Below the pieces are notes generated by a model. It saw only the letters and a program-made list of their open reading frames with translations. It made no database searches and was not told the DNA's origin. From assembly GCA_001949185.1 (NCBI GenBank), contig BDGG01000004.1, positions 2,918,168 to 2,982,167 on the forward strand: 64,000 nucleotides of DNA. The letters are read 5' to 3'. Made by a program: the position numbers and the translations under genes. The stretch comes from Ramazzottius varieornatus. Taxonomy: Eukaryota > Animalia > Tardigrada. Below are positions 27,501 to 40,493 of the stretch, in pieces (the first letter of the stretch is position 1; the number at the start of each line of letters is the position of its first letter).

Positions 27501-29088
27501 CTAAAATTTGGATAACTTTATCCTTATCAGGGCTAAAAGCGTGAAATTATCCAGCGCCATGCTGGCTGATGAAGAATATGCGATAACATTGATGGTCAAT
27601 TTGATAGGCTAATATCGCATAATCGGCTCATGCAGGCGTCAGCGCGATGAAGACGTCGCGAAAATTATTCGAAAGTTTTCTTGGAAAGGTTTGTCAGTGC
27701 ATTCTGATGATGGAGAATCCACAAGAATGTTGCCGCTTTACCTGATAGCGCATAATCCAACTTATACGCTGTTCAACGAGTTACACTAAGATCGGTATAC
27801 TCGCATCGAAGTCAGTAGTCTTTGAGAAAAGCAAATATTGTAGTTCTGTATGAAAATCCTCTGTGATAGAGGGTTGTCTGGTTCGCGGATTTGCGCGACT
27901 AGCAAAGGGTTCATTCACTTTGCCGCCATAGGATTTAAAACGAAAGGTGCTTGAGTCGCTCGATAGCGAGACAATGAAGAATGGACAAACTGCGGTTATG
28001 GGACACAAAAGAGAAACTGGTAGTTTGAGCAAGGGAATTTATATGTCGGCTTGAACACAGAGCAACCAAACTGACTTTGTAGGCAAGGTCTCTTTGAAGG
28101 ATTTGAAGAAGGCAGGTGAAAAGGTGAGATAAGTACGGCATGCTTCCAAGCAAGAGATTCCATTCAAACAGTTTATACTTCCAGTCGGCAGCTTCGACTC
28201 TGCAAGATGGACTAGAAAGGCTGTGAGAGTATTTACTTGTGAACTGATGAAAAGGTAAGAAATTCAGGCTTCTTGCTCCACAAGCTTCAAAAGAGTCGTG
28301 AAAGATCCTTCTTGAATTTGACACCGAGACTCTTAAGCAGTGATGCAAAGAGTCGTGAGAGCGAATTCGCAGAAAAAACGTACCAGCTCGGAAAAAGACT
28401 CCTGGTGCGTCATTGACTCGAGCACGGCGGTCTTCCGCTCGTTGGAATTATATTCCGGCCTGCTCAGATATTCTCAGACAATACAGCTTGCCCTAGATCA
28501 GTTGCGCTGTTTCCGATATTCCCATAGATGTGAATTCATGAACAGGTGAGAGCAGCAGAGGTCAAACGTAGATCGCGTTACGAGCATCACACGCAGGCCT
28601 CCTGGGTATTTCAAGTCCGGGACAAAGGAAATGGCGATTTGACACCGGCAATGCAGTATGCGTTTGTCGATCATGTTTCCATTTTAATACCTATAATCCT
28701 GTCCCCTATCATACTCCCTGAGAAACTGTATTGGTAAACTTCCCTTATTGGGGCCCAGTGGACGGTGAGCACGAAGAACAACAGGGATGACAAGAACCTG
28801 GAATTTTTAAAGTTAAACTGTGAGAAGTGGTCGTGGTGAGCTCTTGGGTGTCTGTTCTGACTGTGGTGGAGTTCCACCCAGTGCGAAATGGAAGTGAACC
28901 AGAGTCGTATGACATGACACGATTACAGCCATGTCAACCACTTTACGCTCTGACGGCCATTTATACACTTTGTTTTGTCGATTCTCACTTCAACTTCTTC
29001 CGAGAATCTTCTGTACGACTGTACCTGTCGAATCCTGATCCGCACTATCTGTTGCTGGATATACGGTATATCTGAGAAAGACGACAAG

Positions 29089-29913
29089 ATGGACATCGAA
29101 CTTCACGCCGGACCTGGAGGAGACTTTGAGATGGCCGATGGCGATGCAAACCGTAAGCTTGACTGATCTTCTGCCAGCGCAACTGCTGTACTTGCGGATT
29201 CGTGATCTCCAATTCGCTGTTCTAACACGTTGGTTTCATTCGCAGACTCGGTGGAGCAGATGAAAGACAAAGCTACTCACCGGAAAGGACGAGGTTTTGT
29301 GGGTAAGTTAGTGGCCGCTTTCTGGATGCAAATATATACGACCACGGTGAACATAATATTATACCATTGCTTCTGTCACCGACTCTGTTCCGTGTTTGTG
29401 TAGATAACAGTCGGAACACACGGGACGGTGTTGGTCCCGGAGATAGGCTGGATGACGATGCAGCAGCAACAAGTCAAGCTAGACTACAACCTGTTCGATG
29501 TAAGGTATCCATAGTTCATGGTCTGCATTAATTGTAGAGGTGGCGTTCATTAAGCTCCCTTTCTATGTCTAGCTGTGGAAGGCTACATTATCTTCATCAA
29601 TAACCTGCACGAAGAAACCACTGAAGAGAACATCATGGACGCATTCCAAGAGTATGGCATCATAAAGAACTTACACCTTAATCAAGATCGCCGAACAGGC
29701 TTCATCAAGGTAGGTTGCGTGCTTTATGTGTGCAACATGCCGAGTTACCTCAACAACTTGGTTGTATTACCGTACATTCTGTAGGGCTACGCGTTGATCG
29801 AGTACGAAAGCTTCAGAGAAGCAGAAGACGCCGTTTCGAAGATGAACGGAAAGGAGATGCTTGGACTACCGCTGCATGTGACTTGGGCTTTCGTGAAGAG
29901 CAACAAGCCGTAG
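29089..29913 (+). CDS. RBM8A: Exon junction complex RRM protein Y14/RBM8A (tsunagi), 5 exons
   Basis: [27 protein letters not shown], and [21 protein letters not shown]...[16 protein letters not shown]|GYALIEYE...VTWAFVK, joined by GT-AG introns. Confidence 0.93.
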
Positions 29914-30488
29914 AAGCCTTGTCGCCAACTGTTCCTGAATTACGCATACAGCGCACTGGCACTCTCACGTTGCGTCAGCTTCACAAATCACAACGTGGAG
30001 GATCATTTGTGTAAATCCCATTTAGTTATTTGTTTTGTTTTCCACAAGGATCCACACAAATATGCGGATCTTTCGCTATGGGCGCGTTAACGCTTTAGTG
30101 TCTCTTGTACTGTCCCTCCCGGAGGTGGACATGAAGAATATTCGTTCAGTCATATACTCTGGGGATCGACTTACGGACCCTGCGTTTTTTTTCTGTACTT
30201 GATAATTACTGAAATTTCTACCCCAACAGTAACAGGAAGAAAGATTGTCGTTGGATACTGTGTAGTGCTTTCACTGTACGTAAGTAAGCTTGAATCAGAA
30301 CAAGAAACTCAAAAACCATCATTAACGGAAAAATCAGAAGGAAGTCCTTACCGGAATAAATAGTCGAATGGCCGGAAAGCAAAAAAATCTGAAAAAACTC
30401 AACTAGAGAGAGAGGCGCCGTCCCTGAAGGGAGGAAGGACGCAATCACAAAAAAAGTTTTCACAGCTACCCTTTTAATTAGCACCAAA

Positions 30489-33400
30489 TCACAAGGACGT
30501 GACTTGAACTGGAACTCTGGAAGAGGCCACAGGTCCGTCAACCACATCGCCGCCACCCACAATGCGCACTTCCTGCATTTCCTTCTCGGGACTTTCTTCC
30601 ACAGGGAACATGTCTGGAAGATACGAGTCGTTCTGTTGGTTGCGCTGTTGTCTGGCTCGTTTGGACCATAGCCGCACCGAACCACTCTCCTTTCCACCCG
30701 GCATGTTTGTTCCAGTTGTAATGAGATCTCCAAAGCCTTTCTCGTGCGAGAAAGCATAGCTGCTGCGCATTGATCGACGATTCTTGCGTCGTCGAGCAGA
30801 CGGTGTGACCGATGGCCGAGAAAAGGCCGCCAGCTGCGTCTGCGATCGTTTCAGTTTGGACTCATTCTTCTGCCGCAACCTCACTCTGTCCGACAGCGTC
30901 GGCCTTGTGTCAATCAAGAAGAACCTGCAAGTGAAGACACTCATCATAACCAAGACTTCCCAACACCGCAGAGTACCGAGGACGTACCTTTCAGCCACCA
31001 CAGGCACCATCAGGATCACCACTGTTAGGACTAGTGTGAACCAGAAGGCTGGGCTGGAATACACTTTCCTTTCCGAGCCCAAGTAGGAGGAGGAGAAAAT
31101 ACTGCTGTACATGAATAGTGTGAGGGCGAAATAGAACGCTACGCTGCCGATGATTGTGACGAAATTGAAGACGGTCCAGTAGGCGGTATCTAGTGCCACC
31201 TGCAAAACAAAAGTCTTGCTCGAAGCATTCCAGAATGATGGGCTTTCAAGCTGACGTACCTGAACGGTAACAGTGATGATCAGGATAGTTGCCAAGGCCG
31301 TGCCGAACGCTTGCGTCCCTTGTAGATCGTCAACGGAATAGTGGAATGCACCATAGGCAATGAAGAACAGAATTAGTGAAGTGGCGACCCCGTGCGTCAT
31401 GCTCTGCAACAGGATCAGATTCAACATCAACCAATTTCAGTAAATATTTCATTATGATAGTGTGATTTGCTGTAGAAAGCTAAAAGAGAGGCAGTAGACT
31501 TACTCGGAAGAACTTTCGCTTATTGAAGAGCAAATTCCGAATACCGGGCGTGTACAGCTTTGGGTACTCCAACGAGTTCTTGGCATTGACATCCTGGTCG
31601 AAGATACCCAGAGCAAGAATGGGGAGCGAAGTGTAAAACAAGTTGTAAAAGCTGATGAACCACGGGTCATAAACAGTCTGTAATCAGATAAAAAGCCACT
31701 GTCAGACAAGTCAAACCTTCCGGTTTAGTTCCACTACCATCGAAAGCAAAGGAGCTCAAAGAACTTGCAACCCATACCTGTGCCGTGAATCCACAGAAGA
31801 AGGCATACCAAAGATGGCACAGTGTGAAGGCAAAATTCTTGTAGAAGAAATAGCGAAGGAACTTGGCGATGCGGTAATAAGACCAGCGACCATGTACTAG
31901 TAGCAATCTTTTGAGGAAACAAAACTGTCCGATGGAAAAGTCACTGGCCAGAACAGCCTGCATGCCTTCCTGACCGGAGATTCCCACACCAATGTGCGCA
32001 ACTACAAAAAGACCACCCACACACTACAGATTACGGAAAACACGAAGACGGTGGGAGGCAGAAGTGAAGCTTACCTTTGATCATACTGACGTCGTTTGCA
32101 CCATCACCAATAGCCAAAGTGATGGCACTCTTGTGCTTCTTGACCAGCTGGACCACCAAAGCCTTCTGCAGCGGAGTAACTCGGCAGCAGATTACCGCCT
32201 TGCACATGCAGGCGATTTCTAGGAAGAGTAACTCAATGACCGGTGTCAACGCATGAACCTGCAAATAGAATACGGTAAGTAAATGATGTGTGATAACTGT
32301 GATTGCCGTCTGACGGATTCTTACCAAGCTTTTGCCTTGGATGACCAACGCGCAAGCCTCGCTTTCCCCATTCCCCCCGCCGCCGCCGTTAGGAAGCTGG
32401 CCATTCTCCACGACAGCGTCCCCATTCACCGGGAAGGCTAAGCCGGACTTGGTCAGGCGCGGATTCATCTCCATGTCCGGCGACAGTGCTGGACTTTCCG
32501 GGTTCGTCAAGCGGGCTTTGGCCTTCTCCAGCTGGTCGCGTACTCCCGCGGCATCCTCGGCATCGACGATGAAGACTTCCCGCATGTCGTCGGTGAGGAG
32601 TTTGCAGGAAAAGCCAATGTTGATGGCCGTCTCCAGCTTGTCACCGGTGAGGACCCAGATCTTGATGTCGGCTTGAGCCAGACTAGCTATGGCATCGGGT
32701 ACTCCGTCTTGAAGCTTGTCTTCGATGGCAGTCGCACCAATAAGCTGCAAGTCTTTCTCGATCTCTTCCGCCACTGCATCGACTTTGTCTTCGCGATGCT
32801 CCAGAGCGATGGTGGCTTCCTTGTACCGCTTCTTCCAACTGTCGTATTCACTCTGCAGGAAGAATCTTATGCTACTAACCGGAAGTAAATTCGCGGTGAA
32901 GGAACGAACCTGGGGTACTTCTCGCCAAGCCAGGCACAGTGTACGGAGACCTTCGCTGGCAAACGCCTGCAAGTGGTCGTTGGTAACGACTTTCAGTTGT
33001 TCGTTCTCCGGCGTGTTGGCCAGGCGTTCAATGATGATATTATCGGCGCCCTTACAGTACAGTGTGATCTTGTTCTCATGGCGAACAATGACGGACATTC
33101 GTTTGCGAATGTTATTAAAATCCAGAATGTCCAACAGCTCGTACTCCCAGACCCTATCTTTGATTTTGACGGAAATGTGCGTAGGGTTTCGGTACAGAAA
33201 GACATAGCCAAAGTTCCTCGCAGCGTCCACCAGAGCTCCCTCGTCCGGAGACTGGGCTTGGTAGACCAACCGACCACCCTTCTCGTCGGGCATCACCGTG
33301 TGACACAGCGACAGAAGACGGAACAACCGATCGCAACCTTCATCGCCACTCTTGATGTCTTTCAGTAGGGTCTTGTCGTAGAAACGAAACTTCGGGTCCG

Positions 33401-36131
33401 CTTCTGGGTTGTCCGAGAAGTCTGCTAGCGGAGTGTTTTCTTGTGGTTCAGTGATCTCGCCGGCTTCGTCCGTCACGTCGCCATATTTCTTCCCCATGAT
33501 CGAGCATTTGTTGAAGGTCATAATGTTCTGGAACGAAACATACGACACACATTAGTCCAGTTATGCATATACTGGAATCTTTCAGGTTTTCTTCTTCTAT
33601 ATTCTTTTCTGGAATCGTCTTTAGAGTCAGGTGGGAACTTCTTGCGTTAAACCGGAAGCGTTGTTGTTGATCGGCTGTAGCTTCATCACTTTATGACTAG
33701 GGGACACACCACGAACAATAACTCACGTCAGCCACTGTGAGTCACTTGCAAGCAATTGAGCAGCGCGATCGTCATAAACAAACTGCAGCGTCATGCGATT
33801 CGTAAACATTCTCACGAAAGTACCCGGCACTTAATTATGTTACATGATAAGCTTGCGCCGCAAGAACAGCGGTAAGCTCATCTCACCTGTGTTAGCGTGC
33901 CGGTCTTGTCGCTAAAAATGTATTCAATCTGCCCGAGTTCCTCGTTGAGCGTTGTGGTACGGGCTTTGGCCGGTATATCCTTGTACACCATCTCGCGATC
34001 CCAGTTAATCCAAAAACTGTGAGCAAACCGAATGATCTCCACACTAAAGAAGAACTGTAGTTAGTGATGAGGTTTCATGTCTGATGTCTGTAGTTGTCAT
34101 CGTCGACTGCTATTGATTTTCGGTAGGGAAGCTGACGGAAAACAGCCGTACGTCCAGTCCACGCGAAGCTGCATACAACGACCCCTGTACTGCTGTACCG
34201 CGGACGTATGCAGGTGCCCGAGAGCAAACTATACCAGGTGTTCGGTCTTTTGAAATTATTTATTCTGGCCGCTGCTTTTACCTGACGTAAAGGGAGATGG
34301 GCACGACCGTGTTCAGCACGATAGCGTAGGAGAAGAAGACGAGGACCGCGATGACGGCAATGGCGCTTGCCCGTGCGTCGCGACCGACCACTTTGTAAAC
34401 GAAAGAGTCCCAGGGCTGGATAACCGTGAACTTGATGCCAATTTGGCTTTCCCATATTCCGCAAGCGATGGTGCAAACAGCACACATCGATAATAGGAAG
34501 ATAACGATCTACAAGTATGCACTTTTATGAAAACGGTTGTGTCAGCACCAACATATATTACAGAAAGAGTCAACCAAACGTTTCAGCTATGTACACACCC
34601 CAATGATGACATAATTGAGGAGTCGATCAATGCTGGTCCGCTTCAGCTTGGTCTTGCCACTGTTTTGCATCAGTTTCGTGTCTTTTCCCGCAAACAACAC
34701 CACTCCGTAACACCAGACAGTGTTCCGTAAGACACAGCCACGAAGCAGAACTTGTTGGTTACTCAACGGGGATACATCCCCTGCAACGCACCAGAAAAGG
34801 CTATCAAAATCCCGAACTTCTCGCCAGTGTCTATTTGTTTCATAGGTTGTCCACAAAAGATCACAGTGAGTCGTGTTTCAATTGTTCGTTGTCCAGTGAG
34901 CGAACTATAATGCTTCAGCCATGGTTAGCTAGCCACGAGGCTCAAAGGATAAGTCGGCCACCCAAGACTTTAATCTGTTATTCATGAAACTCTGGGGTGA
35001 CCGAGTCAACCGTCTTGCCCCATATGCAACAAACCCCATTGCTTGGAAGCCGGAATGTACCTTCAATTTTCACGGTTCCTTCGAACCGACTAAGGTTGTT
35101 GTTAGGTGGTTCGCAGATGATCTCAGCTTTGAGCGCTTCCAGAGCCTTGTTGTCCATTAACTTGGCTGTCACCGGTAAAGCCTGGCGTGACTTGAGATTT
35201 GTCTCCCTGCCATTCAGAAAGAGAACAGTTTTTTTACACGCTATAGTGACTATAATGGGTGACGTCTGATAACTACGGGATCTTTGGTTAAATGGAAATT
35301 ACCCGTCAAGTTCCGCCGTCTCAATGTAGCACAAGCCGTGTGGTTCACTAGACGACAGCAGCAGTAGGTCGGCTGCCACAAACTGGTCGCTCTGCATGTG
35401 GATAATGTCGCCCACCACAACTTTATCCCACCGTTCCTTCTTGAACACTCCATCTCGTAAGACGGAGGAAATCCGACCGTTAACCAAGTTGTCGTTGCGG
35501 TGCCGTTGCTGAAAAGAGTACGACTTTGGTCAAATAAATACCACGTCTGTATGAATAAATTAGAATTAATTAACACTTTACGGAAACGTATCGATAAGTT
35601 GTCCGCTTACAATGTCATCGATCGCATCCTTCAACGCTGTAAGGAGTAATACTGCTACTAACGGAACAATTGTGGTGACCGGCGTCAGCGACGAGATCTG
35701 AGGAATCAGCTACGTGGAAAAACGAAAGTATTAAAGCGATGGGGCTAAATAATTTTTGATAGGGAGGAAAACTGATGATATTCACGAACGAACCTGGAGG
35801 ATCAGCAAAATCAGGAAGTAAAAATTTGCCAGCCGCTGGAACTGCTCAAACAAGTTCTTTGGCAAGAACGTGATCACATTGTATTTGGAAGTTTTGATGA
35901 AGTTGTCCTTTGAAGAGAGGATGACAAGATAAATACTGAACTCATGAGCATTGCAAAACAGATATTCATACCGCGTATCCGAACTCTTTATTCAAGTCGT
36001 TATTATTGATGATGATCTTCCGCTCCGTCTCTGCAAAGGGCCACACACAGTTATTACCAACCGGATCACGGACAAATCCCACGGAAGTATTTGCCTTTCT
36101 GAGCCGGTCGTTTCTTCTTCCACTTGAACAT
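30489..36131 (-). CDS. ATP8B: Phospholipid-transporting P4-ATPase, ATP8B class (multi-exon)
   Basis: [49 protein letters not shown]|ETNLK (DGET), P4 signature [15 protein letters not shown] phosphorylation site, [26 protein letters not shown] and C-terminal [13 protein letters not shown]. The proposed start [12 protein letters not shown] needs a GC-AG first intron. Confidence 0.93.
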
Positions 36132-37896
36132 TTTAGGATGTGGAGCTTTCTTCTTCCCGAAGTATCACGGCCAAATCCAGTCCCAACATCTGTAAAGATA
36201 ATCCGAACAATGTCCATATTGTCATGGTAGACAGGCACAAATAACCCTATTTACATTTACAATCCATGAAAATTAGAAGTTCGCCACTACGACATATTCA
36301 GCTAGCGAAGCTCTTACAACGGCGACTATAGCCTTTCGTCGATCTATACCTGCCACTCAAACAGCACTTTTGCCAGGTATTTGACGCAATTTGTGTGTTT
36401 GAGCAACACCTTTGCCGTACGTACAAATGTTGGCCTTCAGTATCCCGAAGCCTCATTCGAGATAGCTGTCTTCAATATCTCCAACAGTTATTACGTATCT
36501 TTTGATATCAGTCTACCCTTATCATCTCCGTTTACTCGAACAGATGCGTAAGAACCTATCATTCCATGATGGACAGACCGAAAGTCCCGAAAGTACAGTA
36601 CTCTATAACTTTCCAAAATATGTCGCGACCATCAACGACACGGACTGAACACTTCGTCCGCATAACAAAAATGCAAACAAGAAGACTAAAGCAGTTTCGC
36701 ATACCTCGAACTATTCTTGACCAACACCGTTCAGTACCATCGGGACCAATCCCTCAAATTTCTTCACAGACTATCCAGTAATAAGGAACTCAGCCTCGTC
36801 GACACTTCCCATGCGGATCCTGATTACTGCACCCCAACAAAAACGGGAATCCCTCCGCTGTACGGAGCTGGGGCAAGTTCCGCCTAGCCGTCTTCCCTTC
36901 CCAGTCAGTACGAGTACTTCTCCGCGCGGATTTCCTGTAGACTACAGATGACACCGTCTGCCAGTCTAGAGTTCGGTAATGGGTGAGATAAGCTGGATGA
37001 TACTTGATGCGTCCGATTCGAAGCTGTCTTCAGTTAGGATCCGCTCCCTCGGTCTACGTCCAACTCGTTCGTCTTATACATAAACGGCACGTAGTTCTCA
37101 GATGGACTCGGTGATGCGTCAAAGGAGCTCTGTCAAGGACTGCACATGATAAACACAGAATATTCCACTGCCCAAGATCGAAGAAATTAATGACGAAGAA
37201 GTCAAAGTGAGAACCAGTTTTGCAAAGTGCCGAAGTATATCATAACTATTCAAATTCGAAATGGAAACCTTCGATTGATTACCTGATATAAGCTCTACCG
37301 TTCGCCTAACTTTGACATAATCAACAAATCAGGGCGTCATCCTACAGGCAGTTTCCCAATGTGTCATCTCGATACGCCCTGGCACTGAATTTTATCTTGG
37401 TCCCGCAATATCGGCAATGAAAACTGAAAAGCAAAATGACTAAAATCCGAATTTTCCAATTTCCATCAGAAATATTTTTGCCAAACTTTTCATCTGGAAA
37501 TTAGAAATCCGATGTGGGAAACCGAAAGAATGATCCTTCTGTGATCTCACGATATTCGCTCATCTGTTCAAGGCATCGCGGGGTCTGTTGTTGCGGTTTT
37601 GGCTGGAGGATTGACTCTAGAACCCTGTACACCCAGAATCCGTGCTGTAAGCAAATCAGCAATTAGCTATATAGCCAATTACTGAACGTAGCGCTCGTAC
37701 TTTTACTAGTACCCAACTGCTTTGTTATCCAGCTTGTTTGTTTCAGCTGACAGGAGGGGTTTGGGATAGCAGAGCAAAGTGCCGACGAGAATGAGAAGCT
37801 GAATTGACCGTTGGAAGGAGTACGGTCTCGTTGTCTTTGCTGTTTAATAGTGCCTATCCTGTCCAGTGACTCCAGCTCATTGCTAACATCGCTCAA

Positions 37897-38778
37897 ATGG
37901 CCAACAACGATGCAGAAGTTCAAGAAAAACCGTCAGCCAATCCTGGTGTGCTCGAAGCTCGAAAGAAAGTGCGATTCAGCGATGTGGACATGTTGGCGAC
38001 ATACCACGAAGAATCCAGTAGTACCACAAGTCACGGAGACATACCCCCTTACGCACCGAAGAACTTTAGGATTCGCGAACGAAGATCTCAAGCATCTATC
38101 GCATCGGACGCTCGAGGAAAGTACCTGAGTATCCGTCCCGGAGACGAATTGGTCTTCGAGAAACACGTCGACCCCGGAAAAGAAAGCGCAGATGTGATTC
38201 GCCTTACGAACATATTCTCCAAATATGTTGCCTTCAAAGTAAAGACCACTGCTCCCGAAAAGTTTCGGGTCAAACCCAGTTTCGGCTGCATCGAATGTGG
38301 AGGATCGAAGACGGTAGAGATAACCGTCCAACCAGGCTTTGTCGCTGGTGCTCAGAAGGATCGCTTTCTAATCATGAGTGTTCCACTAGACCAAGAACCT
38401 TCTTCCCACGAAGAACTGGTTGATTATTGGCGGGACCTACTCAAAGAAGGTACCGCGAGTGGGAGCACTTCACCGGAGATAGATGAACACAGACTCAAGT
38501 GTGCTGTTGTGACACATCCCATCGTGGTTCTCTTGGATGGGAAGGATAAAAGTAGTCCGGCCGAGCCTAGTGTGGAAGCTTTGACAGAGAAGCTGACGGT
38601 CATCGAAGCCAAACTGGACGAACTGATAGCCTGTCAGCGGACAACTGTATCAGTCCAGAAGAAGGCGATGTGGAACTCTTTGACCGCTGGTCTAGCCGTG
38701 ATTCTACTTTTTCTGTTTACGAAAGTATTGACCGTATTGTTTAGCTCCCCTTCTGGCACAACGAACTCGAGAAGCTGA
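37897..38778 (+). CDS. Intronless MSP-domain, coiled-coil, C-terminally anchored protein (VAP / MOSPD2-C-terminus-like), 293 aa
   Basis: MSP signature IRLTNIFSKYVAFKVKTTAPEKFRVKPSFG...QKDRFLIMS; coiled coil VEALTEKLTVIEAKLDELI; TM segment LTAGLAVILLFLFTKVLTVLF. Confidence 0.85.
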   Translation: MANNDAEVQEKPSANPGVLEARKKVRFSDVDMLATYHEESSSTTSHGDIPPYAPKNFRIRERRSQASIASDARGKYLSIRPGDELVFEKHVDPGKESADVIRLTNIFSKYVAFKVKTTAPEKFRVKPSFGCIECGGSKTVEITVQPGFVAGAQKDRFLIMSVPLDQEPSSHEELVDYWRDLLKEGTASGSTSPEIDEHRLKCAVVTHPIVVLLDGKDKSSPAEPSVEALTEKLTVIEAKLDELIACQRTTVSVQKKAMWNSLTAGLAVILLFLFTKVLTVLFSSPSGTTNSRS

Positions 38779-40493
38779 TGAGTGGTCCTCGTTGACTGTC
38801 CCGTTTCTACGACCTCTCGTCATTGTAAGAATGTGATATTTCAAATGGTCAGTTACTTTTGTGTGCTATGTACTTATCTTGAGAAGCGGTTTTTGTTTCT
38901 GGGCAAGACTGAGGGATGAACGCGTAAATTAGTTACCCTTCTTGAAAGGTTTTTGAGTTCGAATATATGAACGGAGAACTCTGGCAGTGTGAGGTACCTC
39001 CTGGACTAAGTGAAACGTCAGGATGAATTTTGGCACTCAGGAGGCGGTAATACATGTGCCTCGTAGTCCTGTCGTCAGTTCTCGACATGCATCCTGCTGC
39101 GACCGGCAAAGAATGGTTCTCCATAGTTCGCTGCGAGCATACTGACTTGTTTGCAAGTGAGATTCCCGTGCTGCGGTATTCCACCATCCGCCATGTCGCT
39201 GGAAGTTTTGTCCCGGCTATGGTCAATGCAAAGTCTGAGAACTAACTGCAAATTCAGCAGACTGTATGATCGTACGAATTCATCAAGCAAGTACAGTATT
39301 CTAGTAACTAACAACCGGAAGGAACTCATACAAAGAACCAAACGTGGTCACTTTCATGTATATGTACTCTGTATACAGCCGGCACGTTTTGTCTTGACGT
39401 CTTAGCGCGTATACAAGAACTTTGAATTATGATTAGTGGGTGTGGCTCATCGATGACTTATTTTGGACATGCAGCGATGCTGATATTCGATCGCGAAGAC
39501 ATTTTGTGAGTGGTAGCGCTTAGATCTTCAGCACTAGCAGTCTTCCACATGCAAGAAAACCCACTGGTTTCAAGAAGCACTGGAAAGCACTACTTCCATT
39601 TCGTCAAAGTCCCGCACACCCCGGCGATCGAGCTGCCGCGAGGCCCCCTCGATCCGGATGAGAAAAAGCGGGGCGTTGCCGCCTTAGACTATAAAAAGCG
39701 ACCTGAACTGATCTACGGTTCTCTCCCGGTTCCGGTAGGTCCGAGTTTTACTGTAAATTTTGTGGACACATAAAAGGATCATATTTTTGTCAGATTTGGA
39801 GTCGGAGATTTGGACGCAGAAAAGCAGTTACCAGATGCACAGTTTCCTTCTTATGTTGCCGGAAGCAGCAGAACATCAGTGTGCTGCCAACCAGATGCGT
39901 CACTCATTAACAAACGTAGTACGCGTAGACGCAATCTTAACACATTTTCGTTTCTCACAGTGCAAAACTAACTCGCCGCGAATGCCATACATGTCTTCTG
40001 CTGTCACCTCGTTGTTTAGCTCTACAGTAATCTGACCGACACAGTCTGCGTAGCCACAGTATATTGCATTCCGACGTTGCTGCTCATTGCAAGAGCCATC
40101 GTTTATTGGATAACCGTTGCACAGCTGCGCTATTGTCAGTCAACCATCAAAGCCATCATTTCTTCCGTTATTCCTGGCAGCAGGCGCGTAAGTTATACTC
40201 TGCCGTACGAGCATCGATAAGGGATTTCGTGACAGAGAAGAGCACTGTAGCAGGAAGACTGCTGATGGACGCGAAGTTTAAGATACTGGACATCATTAAG
40301 GCCTAAGAGGTTGTCGCTTTCGTCGTCGAATTTAATGACCGGTCTTTTTGCAGGCGTGCACTTGTTTTTTTTTGTTTTGCACTTGTGTTGATATTCTCAA
40401 CACGCGCGTGGTAGCAAATTTCGGTGTCGGACTTTTACCGTGCCAAAACCACTTCTGGTTTGCTGATCCAGACCACCACACCAAGCGGAAAAC

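Noticed and set aside
32332-33368. + strand ORFs of 114-163 aa opposite ATP8B
   Set aside because: Antisense shadows of a long coding region.
38933-39341. Minus-strand ORFs of 88-97 aa after the MSP gene
   Set aside because: No recognisable homology or coherent exon chain.
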